61,245 bases of DNA from Verrucomicrobiales bacterium. GTDB taxonomy: Bacteria; Verrucomicrobiota; Verrucomicrobiia; Verrucomicrobiales; DEV007. The notes beneath the pieces were generated by a model. The model had not been told where the DNA came from, did no database searches, and saw only the letters and a program-made list of their open reading frames with translations. A program made the position numbers and the translations under genes. The DNA is taken from assembly GCA_022361255.1 (NCBI GenBank), contig JAKSBG010000475.1:1-61245 (forward strand), given 5' to 3'. Each line of letters begins with the position of its first letter. Position 1 is the stretch's first letter. This document shows positions 37,982-49,720 of this stretch, one piece after another.

Positions 37982-39385
37982 ATGATTCGAATTTCAACTT
38001 TTGTAGCGGCAGCCCTGTCCTGCCTTTCTCTTCATGCTGCTGAGGAGAAACCAAACGTGCTCATGATCTGCATCGATGATCTGAACGACTGGGTCGGATT
38101 TCTTGACGGACATCCGGAGGCGATTACGCCGCACATGGATGCCCTGGCCGAAAGGGGGAGGATCTTTGCCAACGCCCATTGCGCTGTCCCGGTTTGTTCC
38201 GCGTCCCGGGTTAGCGTGATGTCCGGTCTGGCGGCAACGACACACGGCAGCTATGAGCTGGGCCCTCGATACGAAGAGTTGCCCGCTCTCGATGGGGTGC
38301 CGACGATGCAACGGTATTTCAAAGACAATGGATATGTGACTTTGTCAGGAGGAAAGGTGTTGCATCACAATTTCGGAGGGAAGCTTGCGGGGGATATTGA
38401 TCGCCAGCTGGGGCGGACCCGAAGTGCAACACCGAAGAAGCCCATGAATCGCCCGGATCACTGGAGCAGGGCCTGGGACTGGGGAGCCTATCCGGAGGAG
38501 GATGCGGAAATGTCAGACTACCAGTTGGCGGAGAAGGCGGCGGCGGTGCTGAAGGAGGACTTTGAGAAACCGTTTTTCCTGACGGTTGGATTTTTCCGGC
38601 CGCATGTCCCCCTCTTTGTTCCCCCGAAATGGTTTGAACTTTATGATGAATCCTCACCGGACCTACTGCCCCGTGATTCGAAAGAAGACATCACGGATCT
38701 GCCACCGAATTTTCTCGGGATCAATGAGTTTGCCGCTGCCCCGACCCACGCTGCTGTTGTTGAGGCGGGTAAGCAGCGCAGCCTGACCCGGGCCTACCTT
38801 GCGTCGGTAAGTTTTGTGGATCACTGCGTCGGTTTGGTCGTGGAGGCTCTGGATTCCAGCGCATACGCGGAGAACACCGTCGTCGTTCTCTGGAGCGATC
38901 ACGGATTTCATCTCGGCGAGAAATATCACTGGGCGAAGCGAACGTTGTGGGAGGAATCCACCCGGGTTCCGCTCCTCGTCGCCGGTCCCGGGATTCGCCC
39001 GGGCAATCCCTGCGGGGAACCGGTCAGTTTGATAGACATCTTTCCCACGCTTGTTGAGTTGTGCGGGTTGCCGGAGAATCCGAAGCTGGATGGGGTTTCT
39101 CTGATTCAGCAATTGAACGACCCCGGAACAGCGCGCGAGCAGCCGGCGATCACCTCCTCCTATTTTGGCAATCATTCGGTTCGCTCCCGGGATTGGAGAC
39201 TGATTGTCTACGAGGATGGCGCCGAGGAACTCTACGACCATCGCGAGGGCGGTGATGAGTTTGTAAATCTGGCTGGGAAACCGGGGTATGAGGCGGTCCG
39301 CGACGAACTCGCCCGCTGGCTCCCGAAAAATGCAGTTCCGGAGTTTAAAGAAAAGTCCGAGCGTGACAAACGAGCTCCAAAGTGA
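37982..39385 (+). CDS. Secreted sulfatase (iduronate/choline-sulfatase-like)
   Basis: Signal peptide from ATG 37982, IDDLN, CSASR, GFFRPHVP, WSDHGFHLGEK, WAKRTLWE. Confidence 0.92.
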   Translation: MIRISTFVAAALSCLSLHAAEEKPNVLMICIDDLNDWVGFLDGHPEAITPHMDALAERGRIFANAHCAVPVCSASRVSVMSGLAATTHGSYELGPRYEELPALDGVPTMQRYFKDNGYVTLSGGKVLHHNFGGKLAGDIDRQLGRTRSATPKKPMNRPDHWSRAWDWGAYPEEDAEMSDYQLAEKAAAVLKEDFEKPFFLTVGFFRPHVPLFVPPKWFELYDESSPDLLPRDSKEDITDLPPNFLGINEFAAAPTHAAVVEAGKQRSLTRAYLASVSFVDHCVGLVVEALDSSAYAENTVVVLWSDHGFHLGEKYHWAKRTLWEESTRVPLLVAGPGIRPGNPCGEPVSLIDIFPTLVELCGLPENPKLDGVSLIQQLNDPGTAREQPAITSSYFGNHSVRSRDWRLIVYEDGAEELYDHREGGDEFVNLAGKPGYEAVRDELARWLPKNAVPEFKEKSERDKRAPK

Positions 39386-39430
39386 CGAATATTATTTGCT
39401 CCTGCTCATCTGTTCCCCTGCCAATCCATT

Positions 39431-40939
39431 ATGAAGAATTCCACCCTGACTGCCCTCGTGGCATTTGTCTTCGCCATTTTCCGTCCTCTGCTGCCGGCGG
39501 CGGATCAGTTGCCTAACATTGTTATACTTTACGCGGATGACATGGGCGTGGCTGACGTTTCCTATGGCGATCCGGAGGCGAAAATTCAGACGCCTCATCT
39601 CGACCGGCTTGCTTCCGGGGGGATGAGGTTCACTGATGGGCACAGCTCCTCGGGAATTTGCACCCCGAGTCGTTTTGCACTTCTGACAGGTCAGCATCAC
39701 TGGAGGCGGTTTCACGGAATAGTCGGCGCATTCGGTGAAACGGTTTTCAAGCCGAATGATTTCACGATTGCGAAGATGCTGCAAAAGCAGGGATACAAGA
39801 CCGGCTGTTTTGGTAAGTGGCATTTGGGGTGGGATTTCTCCGCGATCCGGAAACCGGGAGTAAAGGCAAAGGACCTGACAAAGGCGGAATCGTATGACTG
39901 GAGCAAGCGCTTTCCGGACGGCCCACTCGATCAAGGATTTGATGCCTACTTTGGCGACGGAACAATTAACTTTCCACCATACTGCTGGATCGAGGATGAT
40001 CGTTTTCTCACGATACCAACGAAGCCGGTAATCAAATCGGAGCCGCTCGCCGGAGGCGGCACTTTCCGACCGGGACCGATGGCGGAAGGGTGGAATCCCT
40101 ATGACATACTTCCCACTATCACTGACAAGACAGTCGAGTGGATTGAAAAGCAGGAAAAGGACGAGCCCTTTTTTGCCTATCTCGCTTTCAACTCGCCGCA
40201 TTACCCGATTGTGCCGAACGAGGAATTTCACGGGAAATCAAAGGCGGGATACTACGGGGATTTCGTCATCGAGACCGACGCGCAGGTCGGGAAGGTGCTG
40301 GCTGCTCTGGAGAAAGGAGGGCACGCGGAAAATACTCTCGTCATTTTTACGGCGGATAACGGAGCGGAAACGCATGCCTTTCAACGGCTCGAGGAATTTG
40401 ATCAGTGGAGCTCGGGATCGTTTCGCGGGGTGAAGCGTGACATTTATGAGGGCGGGCACCGGGTGCCCTTCATCGTGCGCTGGCCGGGTGAGATTGAAGC
40501 GGGAGCGGTTTCCGACGAGGTCGTCAGCCAGGTCGATCTGGCGGCCACTTTTGCCGGGATCGTTGGTTATTCCTTCGAAAAAGAGGAGGCGATCGACAGC
40601 TACAACCTCCTCCCGGTGCTTCGTGGAGAGGATTATGAAAAGCCTTTGCGGACCGCTACGGTGCAAAACACATTTGAAGGCCAATACGCTCTTCGCCAGG
40701 GAGACTGGGTTTTGATTGACGCGCCGTCCGGATCGGCGAAAAAGGAATCAAAGAGCTATCTCGATCACTTTGGACTGGAGGGATACACGAAGGGAAATCC
40801 GGGACTCCTTTTTAATCTGAAGGAGGACCCCCGGCAGTCGAAAAATCTTTACGCCGATTACCCGGGGCGGGTGGAAAGTATGCGCAGACTGTTGCGACGA
40901 TATGTCGAAGGGGAGCGTTGTGCACCTGTCAGGAGGTAG
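39431..40939 (+). CDS. Secreted arylsulfatase (family S1, Cys-type)
   Basis: [38 protein letters not shown]. Confidence 0.93.
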   Translation: MKNSTLTALVAFVFAIFRPLLPAADQLPNIVILYADDMGVADVSYGDPEAKIQTPHLDRLASGGMRFTDGHSSSGICTPSRFALLTGQHHWRRFHGIVGAFGETVFKPNDFTIAKMLQKQGYKTGCFGKWHLGWDFSAIRKPGVKAKDLTKAESYDWSKRFPDGPLDQGFDAYFGDGTINFPPYCWIEDDRFLTIPTKPVIKSEPLAGGGTFRPGPMAEGWNPYDILPTITDKTVEWIEKQEKDEPFFAYLAFNSPHYPIVPNEEFHGKSKAGYYGDFVIETDAQVGKVLAALEKGGHAENTLVIFTADNGAETHAFQRLEEFDQWSSGSFRGVKRDIYEGGHRVPFIVRWPGEIEAGAVSDEVVSQVDLAATFAGIVGYSFEKEEAIDSYNLLPVLRGEDYEKPLRTATVQNTFEGQYALRQGDWVLIDAPSGSAKKESKSYLDHFGLEGYTKGNPGLLFNLKEDPRQSKNLYADYPGRVESMRRLLRRYVEGERCAPVRR

Positions 40940-40955
40940 AAAAAGAGAGTCGTTG

Positions 40956-41912
40956 CTACATCAGGTAGCGCATCTTGTCGTAGGCAGCTTTTTCGCGTGT
41001 TTCCTCCTCTACGGCCGCGGCCATTTCATGGAAGCCGTACATCGTTTTTACGCGATGGGTCAGTAAGGCGCGATCGTAGGGGATGTTACCACTTGTCCAA
41101 TATCCGGGTTCATCAGGTGTGTGCCGGCCAACCTGAAGTGGACCGTTCTCTGCTGCCACATCGGGTAGATTCCTCCAGAGTCGCAGGTGTTCCCGATGGG
41201 ACCGGACGGCCTGCGGAATGAGCTCGCTGTAGCCATACTTCGCCAGTTCCGCTATTGCTGCAGCGTGATTTACGATGTGAACCATCCCCCCGTAGCCGCT
41301 TCGATTGACCTCTGGTTGCATCGCATTCAGCTCGTCGAGAACTGAGATTGCCATGCCTTCGACATCTTCATATTGCGGAGTATCATCGCCCTCCGGTATG
41401 GTGATTTTGTTTCCGTGGATCCTGCCTTTCGCCTTGCCATAGTAGCCACTGCCGGGAGTCGCACTCTTGAAGAGTTTCATCAGTTTGATTATCCCGTCGA
41501 CGACCGCAGGGGTCGCCAATTCAGGATGCTCTTTCAATCCGCGAATCGCGAGGGAGGCAAAAATAACATTGTGTCCCGATTGTCGCGGTTTCGTGAGTCC
41601 GGCGGCGAGACTTTCGGCTATGCCGTCGACAAGCGATTCGTCCGGTTTCTGTTCGGGAAATTCTGCAAATAATTCGGGATCGGATAAAACAGCATTGCGC
41701 GACATCTTCTTCCCGAAGACTGACTCTCCTTTCCCGACCCTTCCGAGGTCGTCCTCCAAACCGCGGACTACTGCCGGATCGAGCCCTGGCTGTTGTTCCC
41801 CTAAAAAGTAGGCTGCGACAAACGAGGCTCCGAGATGTCCTGCCATCGAACTCATATGATGTGCCCGTGCCATCGCATTGAGGCCTTTGGAGAGATAACT
41901 AAATTCAATCAT
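40956..41912 (-). CDS. Conserved-looking hypothetical helical protein with four His motifs
   Basis: ATG 41912 overlaps the regulator stop (ATGA). Motifs GHLGA, GHNVIFA, HIVNHA, HRVK. No signal peptide and no Cys. Confidence 0.75.
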   Translation of the reverse strand: MIEFSYLSKGLNAMARAHHMSSMAGHLGASFVAAYFLGEQQPGLDPAVVRGLEDDLGRVGKGESVFGKKMSRNAVLSDPELFAEFPEQKPDESLVDGIAESLAAGLTKPRQSGHNVIFASLAIRGLKEHPELATPAVVDGIIKLMKLFKSATPGSGYYGKAKGRIHGNKITIPEGDDTPQYEDVEGMAISVLDELNAMQPEVNRSGYGGMVHIVNHAAAIAELAKYGYSELIPQAVRSHREHLRLWRNLPDVAAENGPLQVGRHTPDEPGYWTSGNIPYDRALLTHRVKTMYGFHEMAAAVEEETREKAAYDKMRYLM

Positions 41913-42826
41913 GTGCTGCCTTTCGAATCTTCGTAATTGCGGGAAACTTCGTCTCGCAGGAATTCGCGAAGCGCTTTTACCCAACGGCTTTGGAAGCGGT
42001 AGGGATTCCACATCATTGCCACCGAACGGACCGGGGAATCAGCGGTAAATGAGCGGTAGATTCTTCCGGGGTCCTTATCGAGCGCTCGTGCCATTTCGGG
42101 AATGATGGAGACGCCGTGACCCAGAGAAACGAGTTCCTGAACGGTTGCGAGCTGATTGATCCGCTCGACCGTGACCGGTTGCACAGAGCGGGTTCGGCAA
42201 AAGGAGGAGATGTTGTCGGACAGGCAATGGGCTTCGTTCAGCATAATGAAGGGTTGCTCGTCAATTTTTTCGACGGTCACGTTTTTCGTTGTCGCCAGTG
42301 GATGCCCCTCCGGAATGACGAGCAAGAGTTCTTCGTCGAAGAGCCGTTCGATTTCCAGATACTTCGCGATGATCGGAAGGGCGAGGATCGCGAGATCGAT
42401 TTCGCCGTGGCTGCACCGTTTGATCAAATTGTCGGTGGTGTCCTCCTGGACGATCACAGAGACCTCCGGGTGTTTTTCTCTGAAATTTCGCAACAGGGAG
42501 GGCAGAAAGTAGGGGGCTATCGTAGGAATGGCTCCCAGGCGAATGCGACCATGACGCGATGCCTCGGACAGTTCAGAGCAAGTGTCTTCGACGAGCTTGA
42601 GGATTTCCCGGGCTCGTTCGTGGAGGAGTTCCCCGAGATCAGTCAGCACCACTTCGCGGGGCTTTCTTTCAAACAGTGGCTGACCGAGCTGGTCTTCCAG
42701 CTTCTTGATCGAGCGGCTCAGGGCGGATTGGGAAAGATTCAATTCCCCGGCCGCACGGGTAAAGTTGCCTGCACGCGCTACCGCGACAAACTGTTCGAGT
42801 TGTTGGAAATCGAGCTCATTTTTCAC
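41909..42826 (-). CDS. oxyR: LysR-family regulator, OxyR-like
   Basis: HTH FTRAA..L..SQ.ALS..I.KLE..LG, IPTIAPY.LP, and HCLSDNISSFC, which matches the OxyR C-x8-C pair (E. coli HCLRDQAMGFC). GTG start 42826 preferred. Confidence 0.75.
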   Translation of the reverse strand: MKNELDFQQLEQFVAVARAGNFTRAAGELNLSQSALSRSIKKLEDQLGQPLFERKPREVVLTDLGELLHERAREILKLVEDTCSELSEASRHGRIRLGAIPTIAPYFLPSLLRNFREKHPEVSVIVQEDTTDNLIKRCSHGEIDLAILALPIIAKYLEIERLFDEELLLVIPEGHPLATTKNVTVEKIDEQPFIMLNEAHCLSDNISSFCRTRSVQPVTVERINQLATVQELVSLGHGVSIIPEMARALDKDPGRIYRSFTADSPVRSVAMMWNPYRFQSRWVKALREFLRDEVSRNYEDSKGST

Positions 42827-42979
42827 ACCGGAAATATATCCATGCTGCAAACCCGTAGCAAGAGTTAGGGGGATGCCGTGAACGCGAGGCGGGTGCTGCA
42901 GCAACGTTCATTCCGCCGATAGAGACCGGGGATGGCTGAGAGTGGCGTGTTGGGTGACATCAGGGAGCGGGTTGCCACT

Positions 42980-44239
42980 TCAATTCTGAATGCAATAGAG
43001 ATGAGTCCGGCTTCGAAGGAAGAGCGCGTTCCCGCTCACCGCGGGTGATGCCATGAAACCGTCGCCGATTGTGTTTTCCGCAACGACCTCGTATTCCGGG
43101 GCGGCTTTGACTACGGTCGTTTTTCCCTCTTCGCTACAGAAGTAAAGATTGCCGTTTGCGACAATGGGCGAGGAGGAGTAATTGCCGCCGATGCGCTCGG
43201 CCCATTTCACCTCTCCCGTTTTGGCTTCCCAGCAGGTACCGATGCCTCCATCGCTGATGGCATAAATGTGCCCTTCGTAGAGCTGCAGCGATGGTTTTTT
43301 CGGGACGCCTTTCTGGAGTTTCCACTTCACTGCAGATTCGTCGAGCACTCCTTCCCCTGTTGCGGATACGGCGATCAGCCAAGGCTTCGCGAAGCCGGTC
43401 GGCGCGTAGACCGTGTCTCCAAAGATGACGGGGCGCGTGCTCGCGGAATGATTGGAATGTTCGTCGAAGCGCCAGATCTCGTCGCCGGTGCGCGGGTTGT
43501 ATCCGTATATGGCTTTGGCGCCCTGGCTGATCAGGATTTCTTTTCCGTGGAGCGTTACGATGTGCGGAGTGGCGTATCCCTTTCTCAAATCGCCTTCTGC
43601 CTTGGGCTTCCCGTCCTCATCGAGGTCTTTGAAATCGACGGAGCGTTTCGTTTTCCAGACCGTCTCGCCGGTCTCTTTGTTCATTGCGAGTACAAATTGA
43701 ACATCGGCACCGTCGTAGGGCAGGATGAGGAGATCTTCGAATAGAACGGGCGATGAACCCGCTCCACGAAAATGATCGCATTCGATGTCTTCACGAGTCC
43801 AGAGCACTTCGAAGGTTCCTGTATCGAGACAGGCGGTGCCGGGAGATCCCCAGGTCAGATAGACGCGGCCTTCTTCGATCACCGGAGTGGGAGACGCGTA
43901 GGTGTTGAACTTGTGAGCGAACTGGGGTTCCTCAACATCGAAGAGTTTTTTGTCGAAAAGGATTTTTCCTGTCTCTTTATCGAGGCAGAGTGCGGAGAGT
44001 TCTTTGCCGTCAGGAGTTGCCGTCGTCAGCCAGATTTGATTTCCGTAGATTACCGGTGACGACCAGCCGAGACCGTGAATTTCTGTTCTCCAGGCGATGT
44101 TTTTGTCTTCGCTCCATTCGGTCGCAATTTTCCCGGCAGGTGCGATTCCGTCGCCTTCCGGACCGCGAAACTGCGGCCAGTTTTCATCAGCGTAAGCAAG
44201 GGCAGTCGTGAAAAGCAGGAGTGACAGGATCAATTTCAT
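42980..44239 (-). CDS. PQQ-binding-like (BamB-like) beta-propeller, secreted
   Basis: Signal peptide from ATG 44239, NWPQFRGP, G.GWSSPV, repeated A.D..TG...W, MASPA, LYCI. Confidence 0.88.
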   Translation of the reverse strand: MKLILSLLLFTTALAYADENWPQFRGPEGDGIAPAGKIATEWSEDKNIAWRTEIHGLGWSSPVIYGNQIWLTTATPDGKELSALCLDKETGKILFDKKLFDVEEPQFAHKFNTYASPTPVIEEGRVYLTWGSPGTACLDTGTFEVLWTREDIECDHFRGAGSSPVLFEDLLILPYDGADVQFVLAMNKETGETVWKTKRSVDFKDLDEDGKPKAEGDLRKGYATPHIVTLHGKEILISQGAKAIYGYNPRTGDEIWRFDEHSNHSASTRPVIFGDTVYAPTGFAKPWLIAVSATGEGVLDESAVKWKLQKGVPKKPSLQLYEGHIYAISDGGIGTCWEAKTGEVKWAERIGGNYSSSPIVANGNLYFCSEEGKTTVVKAAPEYEVVAENTIGDGFMASPAVSGNALFLRSRTHLYCIQN

Positions 44240-44353
44240 GAGTGAGATAGCAACGTTGCTACCGGAAAGTGGCGGAGAATTCCCCACGGTGACAGAAGAA
44301 TCTGCCCATGAAAACGGTAGGGCAGGGGTGGGAAATCGCGTCCAAATTGCATT

Positions 44354-45184
44354 ATGACCGTTATCACCCACGATTTTTATCCGCTGATATTGTGTGTCGT
44401 GCTTTCCGGGATTGTTGTCGAAGAAATCCCGGGAGCCGATGATCGCGATTCCCCGCGCGTTCGTCAAACTGTTGAGACCTTGCCCGGGGAAGTTGCGGCA
44501 AAGACCGATAACCTGAATGACAAATTCTGGCTTTACCTTCCCGGGCGCTATGCGGAAGCAGAAGAGAAGCTTCCACTGATCATTTACCTGCATGGCAGCA
44601 GCCGACGGGGAAAGGAAATTGAATCGGTCAAAGCCAACGGGCTGCCGCCGTTGCTCGATACAAAAGACGATTTCGAGTTTGTGGTCGCCTCACCTCAGGC
44701 TCTCGCGAAGTATCCGTGGCAACAGTGCTGGCGTCCCGATGATCTCATCATGCTGCTGGATCATTTGCTGAGGAACTACCGGATAGATCCTGACCGGGTG
44801 TATCTCACCGGCCTCAGTATGGGAGGATACGGTACCTGGGCGGCGATTGCCAAACATGCCGACAGATTCGCAGCAGCTGTTCCGATTTGTGGGGGTGGGG
44901 ATCCCGAATGGGGAAAATCGATCGGAGACCTGCCTGTGCATGCCTATCATGGTGAGGCGGACCGAATTGTTCCGGTGGAGCGTTCCATCGAGATGGTCGA
45001 TTCGGTGAAAGAAGCGGGAGGGAACGCAGAGTTGACGGTCTATCCGAATGTCGGGCACGATTCCTACACGAGGACCTATGCGAATCCCGATCTCTATCAG
45101 TGGCTGCTCAAGCAGGTCCGCAGCAAATCGAAAGAGAAAAGCCTGCCGGTCAGGCTACGAAGAGCCGGATCAGTCCCACACTGA
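44354..45184 (+). CDS. Alpha/beta hydrolase (phospholipase/carboxylesterase-like)
   Basis: YLHG, GLSMGGYG nucleophile elbow, HG..D..VP, GH. Its 3' end overlaps the convergent gene by 35 bp; start uncertain. Confidence 0.85.
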   Translation: MTVITHDFYPLILCVVLSGIVVEEIPGADDRDSPRVRQTVETLPGEVAAKTDNLNDKFWLYLPGRYAEAEEKLPLIIYLHGSSRRGKEIESVKANGLPPLLDTKDDFEFVVASPQALAKYPWQQCWRPDDLIMLLDHLLRNYRIDPDRVYLTGLSMGGYGTWAAIAKHADRFAAAVPICGGGDPEWGKSIGDLPVHAYHGEADRIVPVERSIEMVDSVKEAGGNAELTVYPNVGHDSYTRTYANPDLYQWLLKQVRSKSKEKSLPVRLRRAGSVPH

Positions 45185-46391
45185 CAGCGCCGACCAGCGT
45201 TGCGGCAGCGAACCCGATCACGAGCGGGCGAAATCCAAGATTGCGTATTTGCAGAAAACTGGTTCCCAAACCGATTGCGGCGAGTGCGACGGTGAGGCAG
45301 GCGAGGCTGGCAGAGCGGGAGAAGGAGAGAAATCCTTCCCAGGTATCTTTGCTGAAAATTCCGAAGGCGCTGCCTCCCATGTCGCCGATGGAGCGAAGTG
45401 CAGCAAGTGCGATAAAGGCAATTACGAATCCCGGAACGAGTTTGGAAAATCCCAGCTTTGATTTGCCGAGGGAGGAGCCTTCTTTCCGGTTTCTTCTCTG
45501 GTGGAGGATTGCCATGACAGGAATCACGGCGCCGAGGCACAGGTTTCGTACCAGTTTTGTTGTCGCGGCGACGTCGAGAGCCTCCGGCGAATCGTAGGCA
45601 AGTTGATACATCAGACCCGCTCCGGCGACCTGCGAGGTATCGTGAATCGCCGTACCGAGGAAGAAACCCGCGAGCCGCGGGTCGCCCGCAAAAAGGAAAT
45701 GCGCGAGAAAGGGATAAGTAAGCAAAGCGAGAATGCCAAAGAGGGTGATGACAGCGACCGAGTAACTCACTTCATCGTCATCCGCGTCGATTGCCGGTCC
45801 CGTCGCGACGATCGCGGTGACGCCGCAGATGCTTGTGCCGACGGCGATCAGGGTGCTGAGTGGATGGGACAGCCCCGCCAGTTTCCCCAGCCAGATGACA
45901 CCGAGAATTGCGGTGAGAATACAGCCGATGACCACAGGGATGGCATGCAGGCCGATGCTCCCCAGCGCAGCAAGGCTGAGCCCGAGCCCGAGCAGTGCAA
46001 CGCCGATCCTCAGAATTCGTTTCACACACCAACTGAGCCCGTCCCGGTATCGCTTTGGTAGACCGATCAGATTTCTGAGGATCAAACCGAGGACGACAGT
46101 GGCAAGGATCGGGCTGATCGGACTCCGGTCGAATCCCATCACACTGGTGCCGAGCCACTTTGCCACGAAGGTCGCGATAATCGCCACCGCTGCGGCCAGT
46201 AAAAGGCCCGGGGCGAGATCTCCGAAGCTGTCCAGAGAGCCGTGCAGTTTTCTCTGCCAGGCGTATTTCAGTTGAAGCCGGTCCGAGGTGGCTTCGTGAC
46301 TGACTTCAGGAATTCCTTCGAAGCTGTCGAGAGAGGCCGTCTCCTCGCTCGCCAGGTAGACGTTGAAAGGGCGCGGGGTCTCGGAGGTCAT
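45150..46391 (-). CDS. YeiH family (putative sulfate exporter) membrane protein
   Basis: LR.GVALLG, GTSICG.TAI.AT, GTAIHDTSQVAGAG, KLVRN, ALAAIGL.T. Confidence 0.88.
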   Translation of the reverse strand: MTSETPRPFNVYLASEETASLDSFEGIPEVSHEATSDRLQLKYAWQRKLHGSLDSFGDLAPGLLLAAAVAIIATFVAKWLGTSVMGFDRSPISPILATVVLGLILRNLIGLPKRYRDGLSWCVKRILRIGVALLGLGLSLAALGSIGLHAIPVVIGCILTAILGVIWLGKLAGLSHPLSTLIAVGTSICGVTAIVATGPAIDADDDEVSYSVAVITLFGILALLTYPFLAHFLFAGDPRLAGFFLGTAIHDTSQVAGAGLMYQLAYDSPEALDVAATTKLVRNLCLGAVIPVMAILHQRRNRKEGSSLGKSKLGFSKLVPGFVIAFIALAALRSIGDMGGSAFGIFSKDTWEGFLSFSRSASLACLTVALAAIGLGTSFLQIRNLGFRPLVIGFAAATLVGAVSVGLIRLFVA

Positions 46392-46398
46392 GGGAAAA

Positions 46399-48237
46399 TC
46401 AGGATAGTCGTGCCGCGAGAAGTTCCTTTTCGTAAACCAGTTCTTTCGGCATGGAATTGAAGAGTTTCAGAAACAGCTCGCCTTGCGAAACGATTTCCTG
46501 CTTCCACTCATCCGGGTGAAAAGCCATTACTCTTTCAAAATCTTCACGGCTGAAATCCAAACCGTCGAAGTGAAAATCGTCGTATTCCGGTACCCAGCCG
46601 ATGCTTGTTTCGTGTCCGGCAGCGTGTCCGGCACAGCGATTTACGATCCATTCCAGCACCCGCATGTTTTCGCCGAAGCCCGGCCAGAGAAACTTTCCTT
46701 CTTCGTCGAGTCGGAACCAGTTTACGTGGAAGAACCGGGGAGCATGTTTGACCTTTCTCCGCATCCGGTACCAATGCTGAAAATAGTTTCCCATATTGTA
46801 GCCGCAAAAGGGCAGCATCGCGAAAGGATCGCGGCGAACCTGGCCGATCGTTCCGGCGGCGGCAGCTGTCATTTCGGAGCCCATTGTCGCTCCGACGTAG
46901 ACACCGTGTGACCAGTTGTAGGCCTGATACACGAGTGGCATCGTCGTTTTGCGGCGTCCGCCGAAAATAATCGCGTCAATGGGAACGCCTTCCGGATTCT
47001 GCCAGTCGGGATCGATCGTCGGGCATTGGTGGGCCGGGGCGGTGAAGCGGGCATTGGGGTGTGCAGCCGGTTCGTCGGAATCGGGCGTCCAGTCATTTCC
47101 TTTCCAGTCGATGAGGTGGGCGGGCTTTTCTTTGGAGAGGCCTTCCCACCAGACGTCGCCGTCATCGGTCAGGGCGACGTTGGTGAAAATGCAGTTCGCT
47201 CGCATCGATTCCATTGCGCTCGGATTCGAATCCCATGAGGTGCCGGGGGCAACGCCAAAATAGCCGGTCTCCGGATTGATCGCATGGAGTTTGCCGTCCT
47301 CATGTGGCCAGAGCCAGGCAATGTCATCTCCAACAATAGTCGTTTTCCATCCGGCTTTTCGATATTGCTCCGGCGGAACAATCATGGAGAGGTTCGTCTT
47401 TCCGCAGGCAGAGGGGAAAGCCCCCGTCACGTAGGTCTTGTTCCCTTCCGGATCCTCGAGTCCGAGAATCAACATATGCTCCGCGAGCCATTCGTGTTCC
47501 CGCGCAATGTTCGATGCGATTCGCAGAGCGAGACATTTTTTCCCGAGCAGGGCATTGCCGCCGTAGCCTGATCCATAGGACCAGATCTCGCGGGAGCGGG
47601 TGAAATGCACGATGTATTTGTCATCGTTGCATGGCCACGGCACGTCCTCTTCGCCTTCTTCGAGAGGGGCGCCGACCGAGTGCAGGCAGGGAATGAAAAA
47701 ACCGGGCTTGGTCCGGTTCGATTCGATTTCTCCGGAGGCTTCTTTCTCCAGATGACTCAACACATCTGCACCCATGTGAGCCATGATTCGCATGTTTACA
47801 ACAGCGTAGGCGGAGTCCGTTACCTGCACGCCGATCTTGGCGAGCGGTGAATGGATTGGCCCCATGCAGAAAGGGATTACGTACATCGTTCTCCCTCTCA
47901 TGCTGCCACGGAATTTCTCCGTTAGCAGTTCGCGCATTTCCCCGTCCTCCATCCAGTTGTTTGTCGGGCCCGCCTGGTCCTCCCGTTTTGAACAGATAAA
48001 GGTGCGCTCCTCGACTCGTGCGACATCAGACGGAGCGGATCGTGCCAGAAAGCTGTTGGGCCGTTTGTCAGGATTGAGTGGGATCAGTGTTCCTGCTTCG
48101 ACCAATTCGGAAGTGAGGCGAGACCATTCCTCATCCGATCCGTCACAGAGATGGATGTCTTTTGGCTCGCAAAGTTCCACCATGCGGGAGATCCATTTGT
48201 TGAGAGCGGCGTGATTGGTGAGGGAGTCGGGAGTCAT
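46399..48237 (-). CDS. pckG: Phosphoenolpyruvate carboxykinase (GTP)
   Basis: [58 protein letters not shown]. Confidence 0.96.
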   Translation of the reverse strand: MTPDSLTNHAALNKWISRMVELCEPKDIHLCDGSDEEWSRLTSELVEAGTLIPLNPDKRPNSFLARSAPSDVARVEERTFICSKREDQAGPTNNWMEDGEMRELLTEKFRGSMRGRTMYVIPFCMGPIHSPLAKIGVQVTDSAYAVVNMRIMAHMGADVLSHLEKEASGEIESNRTKPGFFIPCLHSVGAPLEEGEEDVPWPCNDDKYIVHFTRSREIWSYGSGYGGNALLGKKCLALRIASNIAREHEWLAEHMLILGLEDPEGNKTYVTGAFPSACGKTNLSMIVPPEQYRKAGWKTTIVGDDIAWLWPHEDGKLHAINPETGYFGVAPGTSWDSNPSAMESMRANCIFTNVALTDDGDVWWEGLSKEKPAHLIDWKGNDWTPDSDEPAAHPNARFTAPAHQCPTIDPDWQNPEGVPIDAIIFGGRRKTTMPLVYQAYNWSHGVYVGATMGSEMTAAAAGTIGQVRRDPFAMLPFCGYNMGNYFQHWYRMRRKVKHAPRFFHVNWFRLDEEGKFLWPGFGENMRVLEWIVNRCAGHAAGHETSIGWVPEYDDFHFDGLDFSREDFERVMAFHPDEWKQEIVSQGELFLKLFNSMPKELVYEKELLAARLS

Positions 48238-48397
48238 GTGATGGGGAATGGTGAGCTGCCAGGGAGAAACCGTAGGGCTGATCGAGCGAGAGGATAACGC
48301 AAATTTTACTCACGTTAAGGAAATAAATTTTCCTCCAAAGTCCTTCGAGGGATTTTCGCTGATTCTGATCACCAGGGCCCCGCTCTTCCCCGTCTCA

Positions 48398-49720
48398 TCA
48401 ATACTTCGGAAAAATATTCGGCGGAGGGAAACGTTCTTCGTGACCGGCCCTGCTGTCGCGCAGATATTCCTCCCTCGGAATGTGGAGATCGGGCCAGCTG
48501 GCCGGGCGGATGCGGACAACCCGGGCGGGACGAAAACCTTCGGTGATGAGATCGGTTTCGAAGCGAATTTGAATTCCGCTGCTTCCCATCGGAGCCACGT
48601 TGTCTTCGGGTTTGATGACATCGACGATGGGGCCTTTGGCGGCCATCTGCGAAGTTCCGGCGGTTCCCCCGGCCCAGTGCTTCAGAGTATTCTCGGATAC
48701 GGCCATCAGGGCCTGACTGTCTTTTTTGAAATCGTCGTAAAGGGATTCATCCATCCCGCCGAACAGAGTCGCGGTTACGGTGGCACGTCCGAATTCTCCG
48801 TACTCGACGGCATCGACCCATGCGGGCATCCAGCGACTGCGAATGAAAGCCTTGTGCGTTTCATTCTGTTGGCGGGCAGCACGTTCCATCGCGGGGCCAT
48901 CCAACCAGATGTCCGAGATATGAAACCGGGTGAAAACTCCGCCGGGGGTCGGCTTCCAGGTGATCCCGAGCAGGACGGGTTGGTCATCCAGCAACTTTTT
49001 TCCGCTGGCCGGCCAGGTGCCATCTTCGATCAGGTCCCCGATCGCGAGAAACTCTCGAGCGCGCCAGATACGGGTCGCGGCATCGATGGTCATGGATTCC
49101 TCCCCGCTGGAAGTTGCCCCTTCGTCTTCTTTGCCTTCGGGCTCGCGACGGGCGATGATCGTTCCCTGATGATCTTTGATTTCGATTTCCTGCAGCTTCC
49201 AGACCTTGCCCTCCCGGAGACAATGACTGGGTTCGTCTTCAAGAAGAAGCACATGATTTTCGGCCGGGTGCGTGCCGGTGCCGGCATTGCCGTCTTTCTT
49301 CGTTCGATTGTCGACCGGATAAACAGGAACAGGGGAAGTCTTCGGATCCGGTGGAAGAAAAGCCCGGACATGCATCATCGTGCCCAGCGGGATGTCGCGT
49401 AGATCGGCCGGTGCGCCATGATAGCGGACAATGCCGTAGGGTAGCATCGCGAACGGATGCGGGCTGATGAAACGGAATCGACCGTTGCTCTGGATCCGAA
49501 TGCTGCCGCGACGGTTGGCGTGATCGACGAATACCAATTCGCCGCGGTAGGAGTGCGCCTTCTCAAGGGGAGGAAATTCTCCGGCTTTGGGGCGGAAGGG
49601 TTCGTTCTCCGGCTCGGTGTTCTTCGCATTTGGTTTTTCCCCGGAGAAAACTTCGGGAAGAAAGAGAGCACAGGCAATCAACAATGAATAGGAAGCGGAA
49701 ATTCGGGAGTGCGAAGCCAT
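48398..49720 (-). CDS. Hypothetical secreted protein, paralogue B of a tandem pair
   Basis: Signal-peptide-like N-terminus; long blocks identical to 49720-51033; TGATG overlap with the upstream paralogue. Confidence 0.82.
   Translation of the reverse strand: MASHSRISASYSLLIACALFLPEVFSGEKPNAKNTEPENEPFRPKAGEFPPLEKAHSYRGELVFVDHANRRGSIRIQSNGRFRFISPHPFAMLPYGIVRYHGAPADLRDIPLGTMMHVRAFLPPDPKTSPVPVYPVDNRTKKDGNAGTGTHPAENHVLLLEDEPSHCLREGKVWKLQEIEIKDHQGTIIARREPEGKEDEGATSSGEESMTIDAATRIWRAREFLAIGDLIEDGTWPASGKKLLDDQPVLLGITWKPTPGGVFTRFHISDIWLDGPAMERAARQQNETHKAFIRSRWMPAWVDAVEYGEFGRATVTATLFGGMDESLYDDFKKDSQALMAVSENTLKHWAGGTAGTSQMAAKGPIVDVIKPEDNVAPMGSSGIQIRFETDLITEGFRPARVVRIRPASWPDLHIPREEYLRDSRAGHEERFPPPNIFPKY

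Noticed and set aside
44240-44593. 118-aa N-terminal extension of the PQQ-like propeller
   Set aside because: It overlaps the divergent hydrolase gene in antisense; a signal peptide starts at ATG 44239.
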